Source: Piedraia hortae CBS 480.64 (lineage: Eukaryota). From it: DNA of 64,000 nucleotides. The notes under the pieces were generated by a model. It searched no databases and had not been told where the DNA came from. It worked only from the letters and a program-made list of their open reading frames with translations. The position numbers and the translations under genes were made by a program. Each line of letters begins with the position of its first letter. Position 1 is the first letter of the stretch. Shown here in pieces: positions 43,277 to 55,499 of this stretch. The stretch lies in NCBI GenBank assembly GCA_010093745.1, contig MU006026.1, positions 1-64,000 of the forward strand, in the 5' to 3' direction.

Positions 43277-43368
43277 CCCATAAAATGTCAATAGCAGCAA
43301 TACGCTCCTCTATCAGTTGGACTAACGAACAAGGAACCAGCCTACCATTAAACCCCCATTAAACCCAC

Positions 43369-46300
43369 TCAAACATAGCTCGTCCTCCTCCCTGTATCAA
43401 GTCAGCTTTCCACCCAGAGTTATCAACCACATCACTCACCAGCCCTCTCCTTAGTAGCACCCCCCTTCCCCTTCTCATTGAATTCCCTCTCCTCCCTCCT
43501 CAACCTCCTCCTCTCCGCCCTCCTCTCCTCCTCCTCTTTCGCAGAGCGTCTCGCCTCCTTCTCCGCCCGTTCCGCCCGTTCCGCCCTCCTAGCTCTCCGT
43601 TCCTGCCTCTCCCTTTCCTCCGCAGCAGCAAGTTCCGCCGCTTTACGCGCCCTTCTCTCCGCGCGTCTCGCTTCCCTAGCCTCGGGAGTCTCGACCGTCT
43701 CCGCAAGAGGCGAAGTTAACTTCCTCTCCTCCCTCCTAAGTCTCTTTCCCTCATCATCCCTCCTAACACGGTTCTCACTCTCATGCCGAGAGGGCGCCGG
43801 TCTTCCAAACCCAAAAATAGTAGACATCAACCCTCCCCCTCTCTTCGCAGAAGAGGTCGTAGACCTCCGCTGGAGAGCAGGCCGGAGGTCGAATTCGAGG
43901 TTGGGGGGTTCCTGGGGTGGTGATTTTAGCGCGCCGTGCATTTTTGCGCTTGGACGCTTGTTTCGGCGAGGGTGGTCGACGAATACGAGGTCGTCGTCTT
44001 CTGTTTCTGGAGGGGGTGCCTTTTCCCGTCGGGATTTGGTAGGGATTCCGGCGAGTTTTGCCGCTTTTTCGGGGATATCTCCCGTTGGAGGGACGACAGT
44101 GGAGTGTCTTCGTGACGGTCTTTCGCGCTCGCGCGTGGATTTTGAACGTGAGGGTGTTCCACCGCCGATTCCGAAGAAAGAAAAGCCCATCCCGCGTGTT
44201 GTGCTTCCTGCCCGACCGTATCGTTCAGAGCCAGAGGAAACGTCGTTTGCTCTGCGTGAGGATTTGCTTCGGGTTAGACTTGGTCGGGCTTCCCTAGCGG
44301 GGGACGTTACGGGTGGTGCTTCTTTGACGCGTGATTCACGTCGGCTGCTGCTGCTACCACCACCTGTCTTTGGGGGAGGGGAGGTTGCACCCCAAAATGC
44401 CCATGAGCTGGACCCGGGCTCGCGAACTACCTTTGGGCGTTCTTTTTTCTTTTCTTTAGGTAGAGGTGCAGCCTCGACGGGTTTGGATCGCTCGCGTTTT
44501 TTCTCTTTGGGAGGAGCTTCGACTTCGGCGACTTTGGAGGCTCTTTTGGAGCTTGATTTGTGTTTTTCGGACCTTTTAGATGGCTTAGAAGCCTCGTCTA
44601 CGACGGCTGCAACCCCGGGGGTTGGTGGCGGTGCCGCCTCTTCCAAGGGAAACTCGCCTGGTAGGGGTGAGCGTGGAGGTGCCGGTGGAGGTGGAGGTTC
44701 TGCTGCCTCGACTACCTTTTTGGACTTGGACTTTTTCTCCACCACTGGCTCCATTGGAGTTGAGGGTGCGGAAGCAGCTTCGGCGGCTTTTTTGGCCTTT
44801 TTCTCCTCTTCCTTGCTTTTGGTCTTCTTGTCCTCTTCTTTGATCTTGACTTTCTTCTCCCCTTCATTTATTTTCACCTTCTTGTCTTCCTTCTTTTCCT
44901 CCTCCTTCATTTTCACCTTCTTGTCGTCCTCTTTGCTCTTGGCTTTCTTGTCATCCTCTTTGGATTTGGCCTTCTTCTCCTCTTCTTTAGGCTTGACATT
45001 AATCGCCTCGATGTTAGCAGGTGCAGAAAAGTCCAACATATCCTCCTCGGCCTGAACGCCAGCAAGAATATCAGGTACCACCTCTTCCTTTGGCGTAGCT
45101 GTCTTGGACCCACGGCCCAAAAAGCCCCATCCTGCAGATTCAGTCTTTTTAGCTGGCTCTGTAACGGACTTGGTCTTGGTTTCCTTGGTACCGGCCTTCT
45201 TGATGGTGGTCTTTTTCTTCGCTGCGGAAGTACCCACACCTAGGAAGTCAGTGTGGCTTTCGTCCAGAGCTGCGCCAAAGGCGTCTTCGTCGGCCTTTTG
45301 CTTGTCGGCTGCTTCTTTTGCTGCCTTTTCCGCGGCTTCTTTTTCGGCTTTTTCTTTCTCTGCCTTCTCGGCCGCCTCTTTCTCTACCTTTTCAGCGGCT
45401 TCCTTCTCTGCCTTTTCCGCTGCTTCCTTGTCAGCCGCATCTTTCGCTGCCTTCTTGGCTGCTTCCTTTTCCTTTTTCTCCGCCGCTCTGCTCTTGGTCT
45501 TGTCAGCGGATTTGCCAACGCCAAGGCTGCTCCACATGCTGGACATTATTCCCGACGAGGTCGGTTCTTCCTTGACCGGCTCAGCAGATGTGGGGTCGTC
45601 TATCAGACTTTCAACAGTCCATTCTTCTTCCTCGCCGATCGCCTTTTTGCCTATTATCCTCTCCTTCTTACCCACTGTGCCAAACTTGTTCCTAGGAATA
45701 GTCAGCAGAGCTTGTATTTACCCTAAGTACGCACCAGGTGGTGTTGTTGTCCTGGTCTTGGACCAAGGCCGGCTGCACCGATGCCTCTGCATCGCCACCG
45801 AGGACCTCGATAATGCCTCTGGACTTCTTGTTGTCCTTTGGCCGCGTGCCAGTTTCCCATGCCGACCCATCGTCCATCGAGGCGGGGTTGATTGCTAGCT
45901 TTTCTTCCGATTTTGACGGAAGCAGTGCGGGTTCGTCTCTACTCTTGCCTTTTTTGCCCTTGCCGTTGGCTTTCTTGCCCCTGTACCCTGGTTAGCTGTC
46001 TTTGCGGACTGTTTGAAGAGCATACCAAGTTTCGTTCGGCCAGTTATTATCGTCTGCAGAAGTGCCTGCGGCTGTGTTATCAAGTGGATTGGCATCACCC
46101 CAGGAAAAGCTGCTTTTGTTAGTTTTCGACTTTGAAGCCTCGGTCAGACTTGCCTGCCTGCTCCAAACTCTCCTCCCATGCCGCCCAGACCGGGAAGTAT
46201 TCCCTTTGCATCCTTGCCAGTTTTGTCCTTGCCCCTGCGTAGATGTCAGTATAATTGTCTATATTGGCCGGGCACGCTTACAACGTTTTGGCAAAGTCTT

Positions 46301-47343
46301 CGCCAATGGGGTCTGCACCGCCTATATTGAAACCGAAGCCATCGCCAGCCGTGGAACCAAAGTTAAAGTTGTTGCTTGCTTGGGTCTCGTTGTTTTCGCC
46401 TGAACCCCATCCGCTGCCGAGATTGTCATGATCGAAGTTGAACGAATCTAAAGTTTCTCCTGCATTTGTGCCTGTGCCGCCCGGTGGTGCCTTGTCGTTG
46501 GGCTTGCTGTCTAAGTGGTCGACTGGGTGGGATGTCGGGGCGGGATCATTCTGGCGAATGTCAGTTTGGCAGTGCTCTCTATGATTACTCGACCGACCTT
46601 GTTCTTTCTCTTCTTTTTCTTGCCTGTGGCTGTATCGAATTAGGCTGAGAAACCTTGAACGAACACAATTAAACTTACCACCTAGTCCCAAGAATGCATC
46701 GTCCTCGGGCTGATTAGTCGGCTCGGTTGTGCTTACATCCTACCGATTGTCAGTACACACACATCAAACCGACCAAGATTGAAATTACATTTTCCGCCTC
46801 GGCAGTTTCGTTCTCGTCCCAATTCGCAAGAGGATCAAACTCCTCATCTTTTTTCTCATCATCATCGGGGTCCCACTGAGCTTTCTTCGACTTCTTCTTC
46901 TTTTTTGCCCCACCAGCATTCGGCGGGGGAGAGGGGTCATTCCCTCCACCGCCGGGCGGATCCCCCGCACCCCCAGCAGCATCGCCTCCTCCAGTGCCCT
47001 TTTCTCCCTCGCCGTCATCACCTCTATCGTCGTTTTTCTTCTTGTTCCCCCCTCCTCCATTTCCCTGATTTTGCCCGCCTCTTTTAGCCTTCCCACCTCC
47101 CTTACCTTTTCGTTCCCTAACCCTCACATCCTCCCAGTCGATCTTCGGATCATAAGGCGGGGGCGCATCATCGCAGACGAGTCCATAAGCCGGAGGCGCA
47201 TCATCGCAACACTCATACCCTCCGTCATAATTCCCCCGCGACACCTCGCCGACGACATCGGACTTAGCACGGCGGTCGAAACTGAGCCCTCCTCCTCCTC
47301 TCAAACCACCCCCCGCACCCCAAAGGCTCGTAAGAATCGCCAT
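43369..47343 (-). CDS. Large multi-exon Lys/Glu/Pro/Arg-rich low-complexity protein (start codon uncertain)
   Basis: A 747-aa ORF (43432-45675) plus upstream exons joined by short GT-AG introns with CTGAC/CTAAT branch sites (46.2-46.8 kb). The last intron, 43439-43392, gives ...ERAGRRTSYV*. Contains KEAAEKAE and KEEEKK repeats and a SWAFWGA motif. Confidence 0.7.
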
Positions 47344-48370
47344 TGTGTCGTAGAGCAAATGGCAAAAGAGTCATTTGTTTTTGAAAAGCGCACGGGTGCG
47401 GAAAACGGTTGCGCGTGGGGTCTTGGCTGTGGCGTTGTGGCGCAGGCGAGAAGTTGCCGAGGGTAGCACCTTGGGCTTACCTTTTAGTTCAGTCTTTGGG
47501 GAATTTTTTTTTCGATGGAGGGTTTGTGGAGCTAATTTTTTTTTGGGCTTCACCGCCTATAATGTGGGTTTGGGATACGCACGATGCAGGAGGGTATGTA
47601 TGTATGGTGTGCAGGGTTATGTAAGGGTGGGGGAATTTCTTTGGGGTCTTGCTTGGTTGGTTTGAGGGCTTGGGTAATGGGTGGGAGGTGATTTTGGTTT
47701 AGATCGAGGCGTGGGACACTGGTTGGGGAGAGATTTTCTTGCCTGTTTCACACCTGATTTTTGCGGTCTTGTTAATTGACCTACTCGGGAGTTTTACCAG
47801 TTTTCTGGAAGACTCGAAACCAAATTTCTCAGTTATTCGGAGAAAATACTTCTGTGAATAATCTATGCAATTGCAATGGTGACATGCTTAGGGGAAGTAC
47901 TCTCCTTCCACCATGCCGAACTCACACCCAGCCTCTACACTCCCAATATAGCTTCCCTCGCCACAAGTCCCTCAACATCTGACAGTGGCCAAACGAGATA
48001 TCACAAGGGTAACCCCCACTCCACCGACGCCATTTACGCCTTCTGCAGCCTGACTGGGGCCGACCTCAACATGACTAATATGGTAGCCCCTAGCGGACAG
48101 ACGGACGACTTCGGGGAAGAAGTGTGTTCACATTCACATTCGCAGAATGCCAGCAGTTCATTCAGGACGCTTAATACAGACAATTCTACCCTGGTGCCCG
48201 GGGTGGAGAAGTTGGACGAGCTGAGTCGTGATATGGTCATAGGCAGGTGTAAGGTGGGTAGGTTAACCACTGACAAGAAACCTACTCGTTGCCTACAGAG
48301 TTGTGATTGTTGCCGTCCAATAACCCCACGTGACAGCGCGCTGGTGATGAAAATTTCCGAAACGCCCCCG

Positions 48371-48386
48371 TCGCGTCATCGCGTCA
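48371..48386. promoter_or_regulatory. Tandem TCGCGTCA (MCB/SCB-like) upstream of RAD51
   Basis: TCGCGTCA TCGCGTCA lies 30-45 nt before the RAD51 ATG. RAD51 is an MBF target in yeasts. Confidence 0.45.
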
Positions 48387-48414
48387 TGTAGAAGCCTTTG
48401 CCACTCTACCAACA

Positions 48415-49509
48415 ATGAGCGCAGAAGACACCACCGCGCAGACGTCTTATGAGGATGAATCTGCTGCCGGGCCCGGTGCCCCGACGCCGTTGTCGGCGCT
48501 TGAAGGCATGTCCGGCCTCACCAAGCGCGACATTGAGCTGTTTGTCGGCGCTGGGTACAATACCGTAGAATCGGTGGCCTACACGTTCGTCTAATCATTA
48601 CCTACATGGAATTTTACTGATCTTAGCAGGCCCAAGAAGATTTTGGAGCAGATCAAGGGCGTGTCCGAGCAAAAGGCGACGAAGATTCTAACGGAGGCGT
48701 CCAAAATGGTCCCCATGGGCTTCACTACGGCCACGGAGATGCATGCCCGCCGCAGCGAGTTGATCACAATCACGACAGGATCCAAGCAGCTGGATACGCT
48801 GCTAGCTGGTGGCATTGAAACTGGCAGCATCACTGAAGTTTTTGGCGAGTTTCGAACGGGAAAGAGTCAGCTCTGTCACACTCTGGCCGTCACCAGCCAG
48901 CTGCCATTCGACTTGGGAGGCGGCGAGGGCAAGTGCTTATATATCGATACAGAAGGCACCTTTAGGCCAGTACGACTGCTGGCCGTGGCCAACCGGTTCG
49001 GGCTCAACGGGGAAGAAGTGCTGGACAACATTGCCTACGCGCGAGCTTACAACTCCGACCACCAGCTACAGCTGCTCAACCAAGCGGCTACTATGATGAC
49101 GGAGACGCGGTTTTCAATGTTGATTGTCGATTCAGCCACGTCACTCTACCGTACCGACTTCATGGGACGCGGCGAGCTGTCCTCCCGCCAGACGCATCTT
49201 GCCAAGTTCATGCGGACGTTGCAGAGACTGGCGGACGAATTTGGCATCGCCGTCGTCATCACCAATCAGGTTGTGGCTCAAGTTGATGGTGGACCCAGCG
49301 CCATGTTTAATCCAGACCCGAAGAAGCCAATTGGAGGCAATATCATCGCTCACGCGTCAACCACACGTTTATCGCTGAAGAAGGGGCGCGGTGAGACAAG
49401 AATATGCAAGATTTACGATTCGCCCTGTTTACCAGAGTCCGACTGCATGTTTGCCATCACCGAAGGCGGCATTGGCGATCCCAGCCCCAAAGATCTTGAG
49501 AAGGAGTGA
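48415..49509 (+). CDS. RAD51: DNA recombinase Rad51 (intron 48585-48629)
   Basis: [14 protein letters not shown]-terminus, PMGFTTA, Walker [35 protein letters not shown] and [16 protein letters not shown]. Confidence 0.98.
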
Positions 49510-49652
49510 TAGATTAGTCATGTGTAAGTTTTGTAACAATGTAATGATTAACGCACGACCTAATTGGGTAAGCGGCGTTCCCGTCGACGCGACGTCGCCG
49601 ACAGCTGCCCACCGCTCTCTGTCCTGTCACCGCACACTGCACTGCCACCGAC

Positions 49653-52600
49653 ATGGCAGCCCCGGGCAATCCGCCCGTTTTGTTCCGCGAAACCTGTCTG
49701 CCTTCGCCAGACTCGGCCAATCCCATGCTTTACATCGATGCTGGCGGCGGAAAGTCGCGTTTTTCGCCATTCCGACGCGCCGGCGACAAGCGAAGCTTTG
49801 AAGAGATTAGCGAATGCGATGAGGATGGCTATGCGCGCGCGCGGCTGGGGAGCAACGGCGGTGTTTTCTTCCGCGCCGCTGACCGCACGCCACGGAGCTT
49901 TGCCTGGCGCGTGCTGGAAGATGGAAAGGTGCTGGAGCTTCAACCGGTTGATCTCATGGTGCACAAGAAACCAGATGGCCGGCGACTGACATTCCGCATT
50001 GATTTTGGCCAGACGATCCTGAACGACGGTGTCGCGTTTGCCGATCCCGAAGCCCACGACGCGCTCGAGGTTTTCGTGCTAACAGCCAAGCGTGAAGTCT
50101 GCACCGTGACGCTGCGCAAAGATGTTCTGACCCGCACCTCCGTCCCTGCCGATTTCAATTCACAGTCTTGCGTTAAACGGTTCGGCGGCAGCTTCCTCAG
50201 CATGCGCCAGCCGTTTCGCTTCCGCGCCGCCAGCAACGTTGAACTCATGGCCAGCTCTGCTGACGGTGGTCTTGTTCTGATGCACCGCGACCGCAACGAG
50301 AGCGGCGCGCAGTGGCAGGAGACGTACTTCAACGAACGCGGCTGGAGCGGTGCGTTGACGCTGAAGAAACTAAACTTCTTCGCCACTCAGGTGACAGTCC
50401 GCTGGGGAGGTGTGGATCTAGATCCCAATGCCATAGCGGACATGGTGCGCAGCCCGGATGCGAACTACATTTGGACGCTTAGCGTCGATTATTATCTGCG
50501 GGCATGGAACACGCAGACGGGGAAGGTTGATAAACGGCTGGACATTGCCTATGACGACCAGGATCGAGTTCTTGATAGCATTTTGATGGTGGCTGAACAG
50601 GATCAGCTGCTGCAGCTGATTCCCCGTTCGGAAACTGAATACCTTTTGGTGGTGCACCTGCCCCGAGAAAGGTGCTTCAAAGCGTATCGTGTTTTGAAGC
50701 AATTTACCTCCGTGGATGCAACGGACCTGCGAATTGAACTGGTTCGGATCAGGACACCCTATCTACCGGCTGCTGATAAACTCGTCAATGGCAACGTTTG
50801 GCAGGTGGAAAAGTTCCATCTAGATATGGCTGATCTGGGGAATTCGCGGCTCTGGGTGCGTGCGAGGAGCGGCCCGATATGCCATACGTTTACGATTAAT
50901 CTTGATATGAGGGATTTAACCGCCGTTGCGTGTCACAGGGATTCGGGCTGGACGCGGGTTCACTCTGGTTTCCTGACTCCGGAAGAGTTGAAGGCCATGG
51001 CTGATTTTCCCGGTGACCTTGATCCGGTGGATGATTCTGCTCTTACGCCGACTGAGAGTTGGTTGTCGTTTTTGTTCTACCCCGGCAGGTTTTCTACGGC
51101 TGGTATCATGGCGGCCTTGCACATGTACCGCAAGGGGCGGGGGCTGTCTGTGGCTTCTCTGCGTCCTGGAGAGCCGCTGCAAGAGCAGGTAGTGGCTGCT
51201 ATCACGGCGAAACAGTCTGTTCGCCGAATGTCCAACGATTGGCCTGATTATATGCAGCACAAACTGGACCTCCAGACGCAGTGGACCACGTTTTACAGTC
51301 TGCTCTCTCATCTCCATTCGCGTAGACACGAGTCGTTGGGTTTTGCCTATGACGATGTTGAAGGGTTGGCATGGACCGTGTATGCAGACTGCGTTGCACC
51401 CGTCAGAGCCTGCAGCGAGCTGGAGATGTGTTGTTTCAACACGCATCTGCTGGAAGCTGAGACGGGTAACCCGTCTTGGGCCTTTAGCCGCAAGATATAT
51501 TCGTCCCCCGGAAGCGTGGAAGTGTCCCGCATCATCGATGCAGCCAGAGAGTTGCGGCTGTCGTTCTCTTACACGGCTCGCAGCAAGTTGGATGAAATCG
51601 TCGCCAGAGATGCGCTTGACGTCCCGGAAAATGGAGAGACTTTGACTGCGGACATCGCAGCGGCGTGCGATTTGAGACGTGATGTCAGCGATGAGGACAT
51701 TGATGAATTGGTTGCCAGGTTCAGTCCCCTCGGCGGTGTTGGTGCTCTGAACGATGAGATGGTGCTCAATGTGTTGGAATGGTTAGAGAACGAATGGCAG
51801 ACGGCTGGTCCCGGTAAGGACGTCCATCTCACCCGTCCGGGGATCGATGCAACCGTCGAAATTGCCCGCGAGACACTGCAGCGGGCGAAAGCTGTGCTTT
51901 TGGACATTTGTGCTCTCTTGGCGTGTGTGGTGGGAATTTTCGAGCTCCAAGATCTCGATCCAAGCTTTAATGCGGATAGGATGTATTTATCCGCCTTGGA
52001 CCATTCGAAGCGGGTTGATATCCTGCTTTGGCTGGTTGATAACACCGTGGCGGGAGGGATTACATTGCTGGAGACTATATTCCTCAACGAATGGCAATGT
52101 CGCTCAGAGTCGTCGATGCCATGGCAGTTGACTCTCTCCAGCAAATCCTGGCTCGGGGATGCTGCCTTTCGCGAGTCTGGCTGGGAGGGATTCACCGCAC
52201 ATATCCTTTCCCATTTGTTGAAACACCAAGAACTTGATCTAGCCGTCGATTTCCTGAAATTCACCCCCGAAGAACCCACCACACCCTGGCTCCTCTACCT
52301 CCAGGGACGGCTCTATCTATCCCAAGGCTCCTACAACGAAGCAGCCGCCCTCTTCACCGAAGCCGCACCAGACCTCAGCACACCCACAGCCCACAGTCCC
52401 GATACCTCCCACCTCCTCTCCGCCTCAGAATCAATCCATTTCTTCTCCGGCCTCGCCCAATACTACCAACACATCTCGACCCTCTACGAATCTCTCTCCC
52501 TCTACAGCTACGTCGCAACCTTCTCAACCCTCGCCCTAAGCCATACTGACCCCCTCCCCCCCAACTTCTCCGCCTCCATGTCCGCCCTCGACAGGACAAA

Positions 52601-53201
52601 AGCAAGCACCACTTCCCCCCTCCGCACCAAACTCGACGCCGTCGAAACCGAAATGCGCCTGCTCCGCATAAAAGAAGAACGCACCGAGATTCTCTCCCGC
52701 CTCTACAACGCCTACAAACAAACACACCGCTTCTCCGAAGCGCTCGCATCCCTCTCCCAAATCGAAGACCTACCCATAAAAAAATCTGCCCTGAAGCAGT
52801 TGGTCGAAGTCGTACTAAAAACCTCGCCTTCTCTGCTTCTGGAGTTGGGCTTTGGAGATGCGGGGGTAGAAGATGATGTTGATGGGATTTTGTCGGGATT
52901 GAGTAGCCCAGGGGTGAGGAAACTTGTGTATGCGTATAGGGTAAAAGTGGGAAGGTTCCGGGATGCGGCAGAGGCGCTTTGGGAGGAGACTGTTGCGCTG
53001 ACGCGCGAGGGGGATCTGGAGGAGTTGATTGGAGTTTATACCCTGCTTATTAATACGCTTGTTTGTTGCCAGGAAGCGTGGTTCTTAGTTAGGGAGAATG
53101 GGCGGAGGAGGTTGGTGGAGGTGGGGGATTTGAGGAGGGAGCTTGGCGCGTTGTTGGATAGGAGGGAGGATGGGGTTAGAGGAAGGGTGGGGTTTTGGTA
53201 G
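49653..53201 (+). CDS. NUP120: Nucleoporin Nup120/Nup160
   Basis: 1182 aa. GGVFFR..RTPRSFAWRVLE.GKVLEL propeller start, DGGLVL, LRAWN..TG, W.SFLFYPGRFS and a helical C-terminus (YLQGRLYL, GLAQYYQHI). Confidence 0.85.
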   Translation: MAAPGNPPVLFRETCLPSPDSANPMLYIDAGGGKSRFSPFRRAGDKRSFEEISECDEDGYARARLGSNGGVFFRAADRTPRSFAWRVLEDGKVLELQPVDLMVHKKPDGRRLTFRIDFGQTILNDGVAFADPEAHDALEVFVLTAKREVCTVTLRKDVLTRTSVPADFNSQSCVKRFGGSFLSMRQPFRFRAASNVELMASSADGGLVLMHRDRNESGAQWQETYFNERGWSGALTLKKLNFFATQVTVRWGGVDLDPNAIADMVRSPDANYIWTLSVDYYLRAWNTQTGKVDKRLDIAYDDQDRVLDSILMVAEQDQLLQLIPRSETEYLLVVHLPRERCFKAYRVLKQFTSVDATDLRIELVRIRTPYLPAADKLVNGNVWQVEKFHLDMADLGNSRLWVRARSGPICHTFTINLDMRDLTAVACHRDSGWTRVHSGFLTPEELKAMADFPGDLDPVDDSALTPTESWLSFLFYPGRFSTAGIMAALHMYRKGRGLSVASLRPGEPLQEQVVAAITAKQSVRRMSNDWPDYMQHKLDLQTQWTTFYSLLSHLHSRRHESLGFAYDDVEGLAWTVYADCVAPVRACSELEMCCFNTHLLEAETGNPSWAFSRKIYSSPGSVEVSRIIDAARELRLSFSYTARSKLDEIVARDALDVPENGETLTADIAAACDLRRDVSDEDIDELVARFSPLGGVGALNDEMVLNVLEWLENEWQTAGPGKDVHLTRPGIDATVEIARETLQRAKAVLLDICALLACVVGIFELQDLDPSFNADRMYLSALDHSKRVDILLWLVDNTVAGGITLLETIFLNEWQCRSESSMPWQLTLSSKSWLGDAAFRESGWEGFTAHILSHLLKHQELDLAVDFLKFTPEEPTTPWLLYLQGRLYLSQGSYNEAAALFTEAAPDLSTPTAHSPDTSHLLSASESIHFFSGLAQYYQHISTLYESLSLYSYVATFSTLALSHTDPLPPNFSASMSALDRTKASTTSPLRTKLDAVETEMRLLRIKEERTEILSRLYNAYKQTHRFSEALASLSQIEDLPIKKSALKQLVEVVLKTSPSLLLELGFGDAGVEDDVDGILSGLSSPGVRKLVYAYRVKVGRFRDAAEALWEETVALTREGDLEELIGVYTLLINTLVCCQEAWFLVRENGRRRLVEVGDLRRELGALLDRREDGVRGRVGFW

Positions 53202-55499
53202 GCTATCATGGGATTTAGGAGGCGGAAAGTGTCTTTATGAGGGCAATGGTGTGTTGTACTCCACGCATCTCGCTTCCGGCTGGGAACTATTCGCGGCTTT
53301 GGATGGTGTTTTCACTTTTCCTCGGTCATGTCTCTGCAGTGGGAGTGGCTGAGCGGATTGGATGGGTTGCTGAGCTGCTATCAATGTTCTTCTCAAGACG
53401 AGGATATGTGTGAAGGGGATGGCGTAAGAAAATGGAAGTCTTCCAACAATGTATCTCTACTCTGAATTGATGAGACGGATCATTAAACTGCTCTGAATGT
53501 TAACAATGTTCTCCGCTGATTCTGCAGGCCCTTCATCCCTTCCTCCTGGGCCATGAGCTGCTCATGAAACTCTGCTGCAGAACCTGCCTAATCTGGCCAC
53601 CAAGAGACAGCCCACCAAGGTCGATCCAAGTTGCACCCTTGACAGCACGTCTCAAACGGTGACAGGCCAGGATGTTGTCACGTCGAATGTCATCATATGG
53701 AGCGAGATAGATTCCTAGCGGGTGGTACAGTGCAACGGCATTATAATTGCATCGTCCACCCACGGGGATTCCTCCCTACACATCCTTCACACATCTCTCA
53801 CAGTGACTTTGAACCGAAGCACACGCTCAGTACGCCACTCATTTATGATGAAGCCACAAAAAGAAGCGCTCTTCGAGCTATGCGGGAATTTCCTCAGTTG
53901 GTTTTCGCTGTGGTATTTTAATGCCTATGTCAAGGCTGGTGTTGGACTAATTGAGAATGCAGAGGAGCAAAATGTCAGCCAACCGGTCCTGGAAGGCGGT
54001 GATAGGAGAGAAGAACTAGTGGAGTCCCGCGCCCTAGCCAACACCAAGACCAACCACGGCTTTGCGACCGCGCAGATGAAGTGGTCTAAGAAGTGTGACA
54101 CCTGGCCGGCGGGTATCACCTTTGAGGACGCCTTTGGAAAGTGGTACTGTCATGGGGGCTCATGCGATGAGCCGTCGCCACGGTGGTACAAAGTCATGAA
54201 GGCCATCGGCTGCTCTTATAGGCCGCCGAGCTGCACTGTCCTCTCTGGCCACGAGCTGGCATGCACCAATATCAAGGATGGCATCATGACACTGCCACCG
54301 AGGCTGGCTCGAGGTGCTCCATCGAGGGCTGCGGCTTTGCGAGCTCACCCACGGCAGGGCAACCGATCAAGCGATTGCGGGACCATACCCGCGACGTCCA
54401 CGAATGACAGGCGAAGACCTGCGAACTCAGACGCGAGGATGGTGCCGTGTTTGCCTGGAAGGTCCAATGGATGTATCACGTCAAGATGAAGCATCCAGCA
54501 GGGGCAGCTGTGCCGACTCGGTGCTCTTTTCCACAGCGTCAGCACCCCACCGCATCCCACTGCCTTTGCCTCGCGGTCAGGACTCTATGCATCATCTGAA
54601 AAGAAGTCACCAGCTGGGGAGCGACGATCTAGATTTATACCTTCCACCGCGGAAAAAGGCAAAGACGGGCGAGCACCGTCAAGCAGGCCTGTGAACACCC
54701 TGTATTGGCCTGGGTAATCAGCTGGATTTGTCATGAGCAATGGATAGGTCGTTCCGTACATACCGTTCCTATCTAGACCGTACAAATGTTAAACGTGCAT
54801 ATTGCGTAGTTAGGTCAGCCACTATGTAGTCAAATGGGAAATTGAAACTTTTCCGATGAGACTTACTCCCCACCATAAACACTTCTCAGCCCGAATTGCC
54901 CATCTCATCGCCGTCGTACACACAACTAGAACTAATGCAGAAATCCAACATCTTCAGCACCCAGCAAAACAGTGCCAGAATTTTGATCACGGCCAAAAAA
55001 GGGATCAGAATAATTACTACCTAGAACTCGGTACCAGATTGGTAACAGAGATCTCCCGAGGTTCTGTGCTAGAAGAAGACTTTTCTCCAATGCCATGCAA
55101 AGCGAGACGGAACGCAACGGTCCCACAATAGGAAAAATAAGTGCGGCCGGAAGGTCGCCAATGTGTCAATTCTCAACTTGTCTTTGGTCCATGACATAAC
55201 GTGATAGCTTGGGAGACGGTCTAAATCCCACAAAAGAGAAGAGATTCACCGTTCGTCAGAGTCTAGGGACCTGACACCCTAAATATCTCATTCTCACGGA
55301 GTCATATCAACCTTGGGATTTTTGCCTCTAACGCAAGAATAGAAATTGTAAAGCAAGGCTGTGTCACGGCTTGCATGCGCCTACCAAGTCAACAATGGAG
55401 TGAAATTAAGGCCACACACTTTTCAAGGTTGACATCTGTCTACGATCATCAAGGATGCGAGCCGTGATAAAAAATCTGTATTACATGCCTTTCAGACCG

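Noticed and set aside
42253..43340. Telomerase RNA, RNase P/MRP, U3, SRP or snR30 as the identity of the structured region
   Set aside because: I found no 1.5-repeat TTAGGG template on either strand (only CCTAACC on minus), no RNase P/MRP P4 halves, no U3 boxes A/B, no SRP helix-8 tetraloop and no snR30 m1/m2 motifs. Telomerase RNA would need an unusual telomere repeat.
43478..45055. 525-aa plus-strand ORF (and 45104-45898)
   Set aside because: Antisense shadow of the Lys/Glu/Arg-rich minus-strand gene; Ser/Leu/Phe-rich with no domain.
53722..54489. 255-aa ORF and neighbours; similarly 35348-35965, 47876-48391 and 8015-8398
   Set aside because: No recognisable domain, mostly non-ATG starts and fragmented context; they may be decayed genes but cannot be called.
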